A DNA stretch of 64,000 nt, taken from the NCBI GenBank assembly GCA_036867785.1, contig CP145424.1:62001-126000 (forward strand). Direction: 5' to 3'. Source of the stretch: Plasmodiophora brassicae. Lineage: Eukaryota. The translations under genes were made by a program, and so were the position numbers. This document shows, in pieces, positions 11,662 through 21,564 of the stretch. Within the stretch, counting starts at the first letter, position 1; the number at the start of each line of letters is the position of its first letter. The notes beneath the pieces are model-generated. The model did no database searches and was not told where the DNA came from. It saw only the letters and a program-made list of their open reading frames with translations.

Positions 11662-12774
11662 ATGGACCGCCCTGCAGCGGGTCCCACCATGGATACCGTT
11701 GGAGGGGAGCGAACGTACCCCGTTCGATCCATTAGCGAGGCGAAGATGGCGGCGGTCGATGTCCAGGAGGTCCTTCTACGCATGCGGATCGAGCTGAGCA
11801 AGCGCGGCACCGCCTGCATGCTCTTCGTCAAGGAGGCGCTGCACGACCGGGACCCGACCGGCGAGGGGTACCTGAGCTATGCGGTATCGCAGTCACTGAC
11901 GAGGGAGCACTCGTCGGTTGTACATGCTAACACGTCGGCGCCGTGATCTGCAGGAATTCGAGCAGGTGCTGGCTCGCGTTGGCATCTTCCTGCCGCTTCC
12001 CCAGCTGGCCGTGCTGTGCCGCCGGTACGACACGAACGCGAACCGGAGCGTCTGCATTGCTGTCATTGTCGACGACCTCGTCGCCGACCTGAACGATGCG
12101 CGGCGCGGCATCGTCGACGACCTGTTCTCCGGCCTGTCGCAGGGTGCGGAATCGATCGCGACCGCCACGCTCCTGTCCAGCTTCTTCGCCGGCCAGCACC
12201 CGAAAGTCGCCGCTGGCGACTGGCCTGCGTCCAAGGTCAGCGACGACTTCGCCGACCTGGTCCGCGCGTTTTCCAGCTCGGGGACGACGATATCCCGGGC
12301 GGAATTCGTCCACCTGTTCAGGTTCATCAGCGCGTCCATGCCGCTGGACGACCGGCGGTTCGTGGAGACGGTCCAGGCGACCTTTACGCGCCCGGGTGCC
12401 AACCTGGACGCGGAGGGCGAGCCGCCGGTGAACGCCGTGTACCTCGAATCGGTCGGGCACGTCCTCAAGGAGAAGGTTCGGCAGAAGACACGCGGGCAGG
12501 AATCCGAGGCCAACACGCTGACCCGGGTCTTCCACCACTTCGACCTCGAGGATTCCGGCACCGTCACCTGGGACGAATGGCAACGCGCTCTGGAGCGCTT
12601 CGGCATCATCATGTCAGTCGTTCGTAATTGTCGTCCGTACGCTTCGCTGGATGACGGGCGGCGTCGTGCAGGCCCGAGAAAGAGAGCTACGCGCTGTTCG
12701 AGGAGCACGATCGGCACCACGAGGGGCGCATCCACTACGCCGACTTTGTCGACCGCCTGTACAGCCAGCACTAA
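11662..12774 (+). CDS. EF-hand protein (calcyphosin-like), spliced
   Basis: EF-hand-like loops DPTGEGYLSYAEF, YDTNANRSV, FDLEDSGTVTWDEW and HDRHHEGRIHYADF. Introns at about 11884-11953 and 12613-12671; stop TAA at 12774. The start could be any of several upstream ATGs. Confidence 0.8.
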
Positions 12775-12896
12775 CGCGCGACGGTCCGACAAATGAACGC
12801 CACGCTCGGGATCCCAAATCGTTCCGCAGCGCCTCCCCCCTGCGCACGACGTCCTATCCACCAGACCTGGTATTCCAGCACGCGTAGGCAGGGCGG

Positions 12897-14696
12897 TTAC
12901 GTGTCTAAAGACGACGCATGACGAACGAGGGTCATGCCGTCGGCGAACGGGAGCAGGACCTGTGTGGATCGCGGATCGCCTGCAACGTACGCGTTGAAAT
13001 CGGCGATGGCGGCTGCGATCCGGTTGTTGCCGTCGCCCGGCGGCGGCGAGTCCTGCGCAACGAGCCCCTTGAACAGGACGTTGTCGAACACCATGACGCC
13101 CGACCGGCGCAGCAGCGCGCTGGACATGATCGTGTCGTAGTACTGGCGGTACTGGCGTTTGTTGGCGTCGACAAAGATGAGGTCGAACGCGGACCCGTCG
13201 GCGACCAGCCTGGCCAGCAGGTCGTCCGCCCTGCACAGCTCGATCCGGACACGGGCGTCGGCAGGCAGGCATCGGGTCGCCACCCGGACGCACGATTCGT
13301 CAATGTCGCAGGTGGTGACCGCGACGTCGGCGCCCGCCTCGGCCATCGCCAGCGCCGAGTACCCGGTGAAGCACCCGAGTTCCAGCACGTCCTTCGCGCC
13401 GATCGCCCTGATCAGGAACTGTAGGAACGCCGCCTGCACCTCGCTGATCGACATGTGCGCCCTGGGCATCGCTCGGGCCGTCTCCTTCCTCAGCGCGTCC
13501 AGCGCGGGCGACGACGGCACCGTCGTCATTCGCGTCGCGTACGTACAGCAAGGGCGGGCGTAGGCGTTGCGCGGGCCACGAACCGCGAACGGCTTGTACC
13601 GGTGGATGACGTTCGGGTTCGGGTGCCGCCACGCCCGGGAGTGCCGTTTCCGGTGGGCGCGCGCCTCCTCGTCGGGCATGGCGTCGAGCGCGCGCTTCTC
13701 GGCCTGGCACTCGGCGCAGCAGGCGCCGTCGTAGGTGGTGGAGCAGGACGGGCACTGGATCATCAGCGCGTGGCACATGTCGTTGCGACAGTTGGCGTAC
13801 GAGTCGCAGGGCGCCTTGCATTGGTAGCACGCGCCCAGGACGTCGTCGGTAACGGCGTGTTGCATGCGCGCGTCGAACACGAAGTTCTTGCCCTGGAACA
13901 GGGACGGCTCGCCGGGGCGCCCCTGGACGTACCTGAGGTAGTGGACGATGCCGCCCCTCAGGCGGTCGACGTTGGTGAACCCTTTGGCGTGCAGGTACGC
14001 GCCGACCTTCTCGCAGCGTATCCCGCCCGTGCAGTAGATCATGACGTGCGTGTCCTGCGGGTGCCGGCCGGCGACGAGCGCGTCGACCTCGGCGAACGTG
14101 TCCTTGAAGACGTCGACCATGACGCGTTCGGCGCCCTGGAACCGCCCGATCTCGTGCTCGTAGAAGTTGCGGCAGTCGAGCAGCAGCGACGAATCGGGGG
14201 ATCGATTGGCGAGGCGCGCCTGCCATTCCCCGGGTTCGACCTCGTTGCCGCGCTGGCGCATGTCGAGGCGCTGCTGTAGCCCGTCGCGAACGATATGAGG
14301 ACGGACGACGACGCGGAGCTTGTCGAACGGGGGGTCGTCGAGGACGGCGCCCGCGTTGAGGAAGACATCGGCGAACGGGGGCGGCGTGACGTCCAGCCCG
14401 GGACCAGGGGGGCGCAGGTCGCGTAGGTCGCGCGCGAACGCGTCGTAGTGGTCGACGGGGACCGTCATCTGCGCGTTGATGCCTTCGGCGGCGATGTAGA
14501 TCCGCCCGGTGGCCCGCAGGGCCGACCAGCGCTCGTGCAGGTCGTGCTGCAGACGCGGCAGGTTCGTCAGCGCCACGTACTTGTAGAAGCTAACGTACTG
14601 GAGGAGCGCGCTGGAGAAGCACCGCCCGGTCGCCCGTCGGACGCCACGCTGCGGGCGGGTCGCTGCGAACCGCCATGACGACCCGCACCACCTCAT
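12897..14696 (-). CDS. trhO: TrhO/YceA (UPF0176) rhodanese-domain protein fused to a caffeoyl-CoA-type (Methyltransf_3) O-methyltransferase, with a mitochondrial-type presequence
   Basis: Single 599-aa ORF. TrhO motifs: SFYKY, GRIYIAAEGINAQ, LLDCRNFYEHEIGRF, YCTGGIRCEK, LRGGIVHY, FQGKNFVFDARM and a Cys-rich Rhodanese_C region. OMT motifs: VLELGCFTGYSALAMA, FDLIFVDANKRQY, DNVLFKG and LPFADGMTLVR. The N-terminus is Arg-rich with no acidic residues. Confidence 0.9.
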   Translation of the reverse strand: MRWCGSSWRFAATRPQRGVRRATGRCFSSALLQYVSFYKYVALTNLPRLQHDLHERWSALRATGRIYIAAEGINAQMTVPVDHYDAFARDLRDLRPPGPGLDVTPPPFADVFLNAGAVLDDPPFDKLRVVVRPHIVRDGLQQRLDMRQRGNEVEPGEWQARLANRSPDSSLLLDCRNFYEHEIGRFQGAERVMVDVFKDTFAEVDALVAGRHPQDTHVMIYCTGGIRCEKVGAYLHAKGFTNVDRLRGGIVHYLRYVQGRPGEPSLFQGKNFVFDARMQHAVTDDVLGACYQCKAPCDSYANCRNDMCHALMIQCPSCSTTYDGACCAECQAEKRALDAMPDEEARAHRKRHSRAWRHPNPNVIHRYKPFAVRGPRNAYARPCCTYATRMTTVPSSPALDALRKETARAMPRAHMSISEVQAAFLQFLIRAIGAKDVLELGCFTGYSALAMAEAGADVAVTTCDIDESCVRVATRCLPADARVRIELCRADDLLARLVADGSAFDLIFVDANKRQYRQYYDTIMSSALLRRSGVMVFDNVLFKGLVAQDSPPPGDGNNRIAAAIADFNAYVAGDPRSTQVLLPFADGMTLVRHASSLDT

Positions 14697-14836
14697 ATGC
14701 GGTTGTTACTGTTGCCGTTGCGGACGCCGAATCGGGCCACGAAGGCAGCCGTCGTTCGCGGAGCGATACGATCGCAGGGTTGTCCGGAGTTGCCGCCCCC
14801 ATTATTGTCTTCGTTGCGGCGCCTGCGGTCGCTGTC

Positions 14837-15471
14837 ATGATGTTGCCGCGCCTCATGCTTGTCGGGGGTACAGCTGTTCTGATTCTGTTCAGCTTGACCG
14901 GCGTCGTTGCCGTACACGACGATGAGGACCAGTTGGTGACGCGCGTGCCGAACGATATGATCGAGAACGCCGATGAAGGTGCGCCCCTGGCCAGAAACCA
15001 TCGCGCTCAGCATTGGTTCCGCCAACGCCCGTTGCTGTCGCGATACCTACCCGTCGTGATGAAGCTTGTCGTTGTGGTCTACATTATCGCCGCCGCTATA
15101 GCCATTGGCTCCACACTGTATCTCTCTGCAGACCGGCATCATCCACGTCGGGACTTGCAGTCGTCGACGAACCCACCGGTCGATTCGGAACACTGCGTCA
15201 GCAGCAAGAAGCAGTTGGTGGCGGTCCTGTTCGCATGGCTGCTCGGAATCCTCGGTGTCGATCGTTTCTACACAGGTGCGCATCGCTGATTTACCAATCG
15301 TTGTCGGTATCGGTTCATGTTTAGCAGTGAGCCGCAGGGTACGTTGCATTGGGAGTGATCAAGCTTCTGACGGGAGGCGGGCTGGGCATTTGGTATCTGG
15401 TCGACGGCATCCTGTACTCGATGAACAAAATCCGGGAGCACGGCACCGGATGCACATTGCAACCAATCTGA
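14837..15471 (+). CDS. TM2-domain membrane protein, one intron
   Basis: Signal-like N-terminus, one extra TM segment, then the spliced TM2 signature SKKQLVAVLFAWLLGILGVDRFYTG|YVALGVIKLLTGGGLGIWYLVD (intron about 15276-15338). Stop TGA at 15471. Confidence 0.85.
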
Positions 15472-15550
15472 CATGGAGCGCCATACGTCCTGCAACTGTT
15501 TGTCGACGTTTCTCGAATTGCCAAGGCGCTGCATCTACAAATACAATCGA

Positions 15551-15859
15551 CTATCCACCGCGCACGACCATCGTGATCAGTTTGTCAGGGCAGCGTTCAT
15601 CGGAGACAGCGCGTGGCCGCATCCAAATGATCGACACCTGCGGCCATGCTTCAGCGACGGCAACCTGGACTTCTCGGCGCCGAACGTTCCTACACAGGTG
15701 CAGCACCACTTCGTATGCAGTCATCGGTGCTGACAGGCCGTAGCAGTGATTGCACTCTGCTTGATCCATAGCGCAACCGGCAGGTTTCGGAATCAATTTG
15801 AACTGCTCGTGAATGCTATCTCGCGGGCGCCCCGAACGGACTCCCTCTCCGCTTGGCCC
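15551..15859 (-). mobile_element. BED-zinc-finger remnant, probable decayed hAT-type element; part of it recurs at about 20183-20340 and 22864-23020
   Basis: The frame reads GRPRDSIHEQF...AECNHCYG...VVLHLCRNV with no ATG upstream of the finger before an in-frame stop. 15581-15735 matches the two downstream copies at DNA level. Confidence 0.5.
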
Positions 15860-16817
15860 TCATTTGACACACTGTCTGGGGCGTCTGCTAACTCAGGGGA
15901 TACTTTCCCCGTTGCGCTTGGCAGATTATCGTCGCTGTAGCAATTCGAACGAACCTGGTCAGCCCGCCGACTCCATCAACGCGCCAATCGACAGGCAACG
16001 CTTAGGTATTGACGCGACGCCTGCCAGGCAGACCAGCCGATTCCGCATGTAACCGAAGGACAAGCGATGCGAGATCAAATAAGCCCAACCACGACAAGGT
16101 GCCCGCATCGTTGCTGGTTGACACGACGTCGTCGCTCGCGCGCGAAAGCATATTGTGCTGTCTGTCGATGAGCCTGATGCGGTGCGCCCCCATGCACGAC
16201 CGTAAACGGACGCTCTGATCGGAGGCTCAGCCAAGTCACAAATCCGGCCTGTTCGTTTACAATCCAGCAAAGTGGTTCAGCTGTCCTGTCGTTCGACGAT
16301 GGCGATCATATTGAGAACCGGACACTGTCCGGGTCACGCCCCATGAACTGTTTGACGACGGCGACGGCCTCACGAGAGGTCGGCCCGTGGTCAACCGGGC
16401 CCTTCTTGCGCTCGTCGACGTCGTCGGACGGGACTGCCATTTCGCCGCATGACATGAACATGCTCTATGCACGCACTCGTTTCCGCTGCCTCACGCGCGT
16501 ATCGCCAGGCTTGTCGCTGAGATCTGGCCCCCCTTTCCGGCGAATGAAGACGGACGCCCTGAACCAGAAGAAGGCTGACGGTCTTTTCAGCTCCCGCGCC
16601 GATGGCCAATGTCATCCAGGTTTGCCTCGTGATGCACAACGTCTTGGGAGTTGCTGTAGTTGGGCTCTGCCGCCGTCAAATCGCCCTCCTCTGGATACCG
16701 GGTCGTTAGCTGGGCGGCCATGACCCGAGTTGATCCCCGCTGACGACCCGCCGCAGCAGCTCACCTGCCACAGCGGGCGCCGTCCAGCATTTATTCATCA
16801 CGAATAAACGAGAATCG

Positions 16818-17050
16818 CCATCCGCAACGGCTCATTGTCGATCGTGATGGGATGTCCCATTACGGCTAGGCCTGCACTACTGGCTCTCGTTCGGACGTCA
16901 AGTTCACGAGCCTTCGCCCACAGACGGTCGGAGAGACGCTCCATCTGTGGGCGAAGGCTCGTGAACTTGACGTCCGAACGAGAGACAGTAGTGCTGGGCT
17001 AGCGGTAATGCGACGTCCGATCACGTTCGACGACGACCCGTCGCGGATGG
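16818..17050. repeat. Long inverted repeat, 107-bp arms, 19-nt spacer
   Basis: 16818-16924 is the reverse complement of 16944-17050. The inner 41 bp are perfect; about 12 mismatches overall and no indels. Confidence 0.95.
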
Positions 17051-17765
17051 AGCGGCGCCAGGCATCCCGCCCGGACGCCGCGCCTTCGTTGACGACGCCG
17101 CCCTCTGCCGATCGAGATCCGCCCGCGGGTCCCGCGTCAGAGCCAGCGACGCCGGGGGCGAGTTCGCCAGCGACGCCGGGGGGCGAGTTCGCCAGCGGAT
17201 GGGCGTCAGTCGCCTGCCGAAGTCGGAACGTGCGTCGGGACGTCGGTCGTCGGCGAATTCTTCGTCGTCGACATCGGCCGGCACGCCCGCGCCCGACCGC
17301 CGCTCACGGTGACGGAAGCAACACGTCGATGCAAGAGATGCCGTACGGACACCGTGAACAGGCGGCATGGAGAATATTATATGGGGCGTGCTCTAACTCG
17401 CTTCGCCCACTTCTCCGGCAAGTTCGTATGTTCCAAACCTGGGGCTGGAGCCCGGCCATGCCATGGCATTGTGCCGGGCGTCCTATTCGTTGACCCGGTA
17501 TCATCCATTGAGGGCGCCCCCGCTCTGCCGCCGTCTGCGGCCGTGCCCCCGTCTACTGTCGCGCTATCGGCCGGCAGTACTGCTGTGCCGGCGAACCGCC
17601 GCCGCCGGTCCTGCCCGATCCAGAGACAATATTCGCAAGGCGGGTTAGGAACGGGTCATCGCGTTTCTTATGCAGTACACGTTCCAGTTGGCCAGCGTTG
17701 AAAGCAATTTGCGACGTGCCTCGGGAACGCGTTCGGGTATCGTGATCATCAGAAGCTATGACTGA
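17008..17765 (+). mobile_element. Possible decayed hAT-like transposase 5' remnant
   Basis: Broken frames read RCKRC...RFAHFSG...ARPCHGIVP (BED-like) and ERVIAFLMQYTFQLASVES. Includes a 24-25-bp tandem repeat at 17142-17197. Confidence 0.35.
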
Positions 17766-17890
17766 GGCGACTGGTCCACTAGGCATCATACCAATCCGTC
17801 ATGGGAACTGAAAACATCGTTTAGAAGCGTATTAGCCACGCTGACGGCTCGCCAAGTGAAGCTATATACCTGTTTGCACTGACTCACATG

Positions 17891-18165
17891 CGCTCCATTG
17901 TCGCACCGGACAGGGAGCCCGGGTTGTTCGCCCCGTATATCAGGTCGTACGACCACTCCTGGCCAAAACCCCGAAGTAGCCAGACACTCTGGTGTATTTT
18001 ATTCCCAAAGGTTATCACACAACTGGGTAATCAATGGCATCGAGCAGGGCGTCTCCCGCTAGATACAGCGACCCTGCCAGGAGGTCAACCACAGCATCGG
18101 ACGTGACGCGATTGCCGGCATACCCGTCATCAGGACACAGTAGTGGACACCGGCTGACTTGGATG
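17891..18165 (-). pseudogene. Duplicated 3' end of the FPGS gene (last intron, last exon and 3' flank)
   Basis: Diverged DNA match to about 23030-23278. Retains the intron and the region corresponding to GSLYLAGDALDAIDYPVV*. Confidence 0.85.
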
Positions 18166-19280
18166 TAGGGGTCGGCGCGGTTTGGTTTCGAACCAGAAAC
18201 CGTGAACCAAACCGAAACTGCGCGGTTTCGGTTCCAGGGGGACCCAGTTGGTTTGGTTTGGTTTAGTTTGGTTCGAGGTCAGCACAAAACCGGTTTGGCT
18301 CCGGTGGAACCGGTTTGAACCGTGGTTTGCACTGGGGACTGTGGTCGGTGCGCTGCGGGAGCGTGGACACTGTTCGGTGACTGCGCACGCGCGCCGCACG
18401 GGTTCCTGATTACTAGCGCATCTGTCATATATAGAGTCACCCAGTGCAAACCACGGTTCAAACCGGTTCCACCGGAGCCGAGCGAACGTCAGCGACCACG
18501 ATCTGTCGTCATCGTCTGAGACTGGTGTCGAGTTTATTCCCCCAAGCATTCGCTCTGGGACCGCCCTGACCGATTCTTCCGCTGCTCGTGGCAGCTCCGA
18601 AGCAATCCAAAGCGCCACCGTTGTCGCTTCTGTTGTCGAATCAGGCACCGTCGTTCAATCGCGGAGGCGTCGTCGCTCGCTCCCACAGGAGAAATGGCAT
18701 CAAAGCCATTGGTGCGAATCGAATGATGGGACGAGGCGCAAATGTAAGCATCGTGCCCTGACTTGGTCCATGTCGACGTCGACTGGCACGATTTTGAAAC
18801 ATCTGCAGCAGAAGCACAGTATCCTCGAGGATGGTGTAAAGACCAGTACATCTCGTCAGACTCTCATCACGTCGACAACGTTGCCGTCGCATCGCGTGGC
18901 GACAAACGATGCGGCTGTCGTGAAGTATATCGTCCGTCGTGGAGACGTTCGTACTCTATCGGAAGACGAGAAGACGAATCGTTCCGCGAGTACTCTCGCA
19001 CACTCTGTCCTGGATTCGAACCGAAGTCAGCCCGCACTGTCAAGCGGGGGATTCTTAAACTGTATTTCATTCTTCGTGCCATGTTGATCGAATATTTTGC
19101 GACCCTGTCTTCGAAGATCAGCGCAACATTCGATGGATGGTCGAATCCCAGGTTGCAGGGCTTGTATCCTCTCACATGCCACTGGATAGACACTTACCGT
19201 GGTCTTCTTCTGACTTGCCTTCTTGATTTTGCTTACATCGATCCTGGGAAAGGGGCGGGTAAACGGATTGGCACTGCGAT
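18166..19280 (+). mobile_element. hAT DNA transposon, left end plus truncated, frameshifted transposase
   Basis: Starts TAGGGGTCGGCGCGGTTTGG followed by many GGTTT/AAACC subterminal repeats. BED finger KCKHR...STGTILKHLQQKH, then EDESFREY...PGFEPKSARTVKRGILKLY...KISATFDGWS...LTCHWID (first catalytic Asp). No right end found. Confidence 0.85.
18297..18479. repeat. Perfect 40-bp inverted repeat inside the hAT subterminal region
   Basis: ggctccggtggaaccggtttgaaccgtggtttgcactggg (18297-18336) is the exact reverse complement of 18440-18479. Confidence 0.95.
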
Positions 19281-19383
19281 ACGTGGTCCTCATGATATCC
19301 AAGTTCATGGATGTAAGCCCGTCGTCGTGTGCGAACGTTTGCGGCGCGAGGCGGTAACGACGACCGGCCTGCAGATCCCGCTG
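19281..19383 (+). pseudogene. Copied exon-intron-exon fragment of the UVRAG/Vps38 gene
   Basis: acgtggtcctcatgatatccaagttcatgga.gtaagcccgtcgtcgtgtgcgaacgtttgcggcg...gaccggcctgcagatccc matches 26030-26133, including the GT-AG intron. Confidence 0.9.
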
Positions 19384-19422
19384 TAAATAGACCCGTGGCA
19401 GGGACCTCTCATTGCCCATGGC

Positions 19423-20639
19423 CCATGGGCGACGCATGCAGGCTGCCGCATGGCGTGATTGTGGCCATGAATGATGTGGAGTGGGCACTCCTGTGGACGG
19501 GAATCGGAGGTTCGGACTATCCATTATGAAATTCTGGATCTATCCATTAATCGCTCTATCGATAGTTGGGACCTCCCTCATCGTCTCGTTGACGATTCTC
19601 TTCCTGCAGTCCGGGCGCAACGACCGGCAGCACCGAGAGCTCGTGACTATTCTCCAGCGAATGGAAGCACATATCCAGGGAATGGAAGCACATATCCAGG
19701 GAATGGAAGCACGTATTATCGAAGCTGTTCGCGATCTGCGTTGCAGCTGACAGGAAATAGGGCTGTTGCTGTGATTCTGTAGAATTACATGGATCAGTTC
19801 GTCATATATATCATCTGCTAGGCGCCGACTCTTGCTTCCGACCGCCTCCGCAGACGTGGGCATCGGCGGGCGTTAGCACAGAAGCTTCGATAGCGCAAAG
19901 AGCCCTCTTTCAAACAAGCTCGCGTCCCGAATTCGATCCTGGGACGTAATGGCGGGAGGTGACCACGTTATGTCTTTCTTTGGATGACTCCAATGACGAT
20001 CCCAACTGTATCCGATGGGCGAGTTGGGTTCCGCTTGGGCGCCGCTGTGACCGGGTTGCCAGGTAGATCAGGGGCACTATAGAAGTAGTTGGCACTTCGG
20101 TCTACACTCTACACAACGGTGGCCGGTTGCGCTCGCGGCGGCTCCCACCTCATGTTTGGATCGACCCGTTTGAATTCCCAAAGTTTGTCAGGGCATCGTC
20201 ATCGGAGACAGCGAGTGGCCGTATCCAAACGAGAACACCTGCGGCCATGCTTCAGCGACGGCAGCCCTGTATTCTCACGGCCGTTTGGACTTCTCTGCGC
20301 CGAACGTTCCAACACAGGTCATCGGTGGTGACAAGCCATATGCAACGTCTCCATTGTCGCACCGGACAGGGAACCCGTGTTGATCGCCCCGTATATCAGG
20401 TCGTACCAATGAGCAAACACCGATGTCATCGGCGACACTGGTGTATCACACAACTGGGTAATCAATGGCATCGAGGGCGTCTCCCGCCAGGTACAGCGAC
20501 CCTGCCAGGAGGTCAAACCACAGCATCGGACGTGACGTGATTGCCGACACACCCGTCATCAGGACACAATAGTGGACACCGGCTGACTTGGATGCCAGAC
20601 TGCGAAGGTCGCCAACGACGGAGACCACGTCCGGCAGCA
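19423..20639. repeat. About 1.2-kb direct duplication, copy 1 (copy 2 at about 22084-23323)
   Basis: Near-identical over most of its length; the ORF track gives identical translations for 19910/22592 and 20089/22771. Includes the micro-ORF, the BED fragment and the FPGS 3' end. Confidence 0.97.
19526..19750 (+). CDS. Putative 74-aa signal-anchor/secreted micro-protein with heptad repeats, copy 1
   Basis: MKFWIYPLIALSIVGTSLIVSLTILFL hydrophobic segment followed by MEAHIQG x2 and MEARII, encoded by a 21-bp tandem repeat. The frame is intact in both duplicates. Confidence 0.5.
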   Translation: MKFWIYPLIALSIVGTSLIVSLTILFLQSGRNDRQHRELVTILQRMEAHIQGMEAHIQGMEARIIEAVRDLRCS

Positions 20640-21235
20640 TTGCCGTTGCGGACGCCGAATCGGGCTACCACGAAGCCAGCCGACGTTCGCGGAGCCAAAC
20701 TGTCGCGTCGACAGATTATACTCAAGATTACCGCGCGACGTTTGGTTATGGCTCCGTACTCGATAATCGGCGGGATATGGTGACGGGGGACCCCCGATCA
20801 TGACGATGTGTTGTGCGCGGTTCACGTGCCGAGCGACATGACAGCTAGCGCCGACGCAGTGGAAGTGCCCCTAGGCCTGCTGCAGAATGTTTGTGATCCA
20901 GAGCCAGGCGCGCATGCCCGCGACCGCGTGGGCTCCACATTACTGCACCACGACGGTAACGTCCGCCACCCTCATCATATCAGGTGATGCCTCAGAGCAG
21001 GGGCACACACATGTGCATGAGCGGAAAGTCACAACGGATCGGACAGCGGTCCTGCTTTCATGGCTGCTTTGGAGCTTTCGGACATGACGGGTGCAGCTTC
21101 CTGCATCCAGTTTGCCATTTACCTGCTGTGCTTAATCTCTCGGTTGCTCTGAACACAGGGTACACTGGGCTGGGCGTGTAGAAGTTCTTGTTAAACCTGC
21201 TTGGATAGGTATCATCTGGTAGTAACAGCAATAGG
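20640..21235 (+). pseudogene. Degenerate paralog of the TM2-domain gene
   Basis: 20640-20695 matches 14712-14764 (upstream of the TM2 gene). Broken frames give CMSGKSQR, TAVLLSWLL, GAFGHD and, after a CAG acceptor, GYTGLGV*KFLL, i.e. the TM2 signature with stops. Confidence 0.7.
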
Positions 21236-21564
21236 AAACAATTCGGCTTCTTAAAGGTTGCACTAAAGCAGCCGCCATAGGGGCCATCGTGTGCTTGTCG
21301 GAATGTGATGTCCGTTTTGATGCTCTCCTGGCCTGGTTGGGCGGTCCGGTCTACAAGCCCGACAAGCGCAGGTCACGTCGGTCCTTCTTCGCCCAGGGGA
21401 TGTCGACGGGTGTTGTGCTGCCTGCCATCGTTGGCGGACGGATTGGACGGCGGGTCTCAGGGCTCTGAAGGTGGCGCCAGCGTCTCGTAATCGAACCCAG
21501 CGTCGTCGTCTCGACTGGCAGGGCGGCCATATATGCGCTGCGCCAACGCGTGAGTATCGATACT

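Noticed and set aside
19661-19717. 21-bp repeats (also 22322-22399) as a CRISPR array
   Set aside because: The units are directly tandem with no spacers, they keep a reading frame, there are no cas genes and the DNA is eukaryotic.
18158-20594. cttggatg flanking 18166 and recurring at 20587 as the 8-bp target-site duplication of a complete hAT element
   Set aside because: The second occurrence is part of the long FPGS-tail duplication and is not preceded by a matching right terminal inverted repeat.
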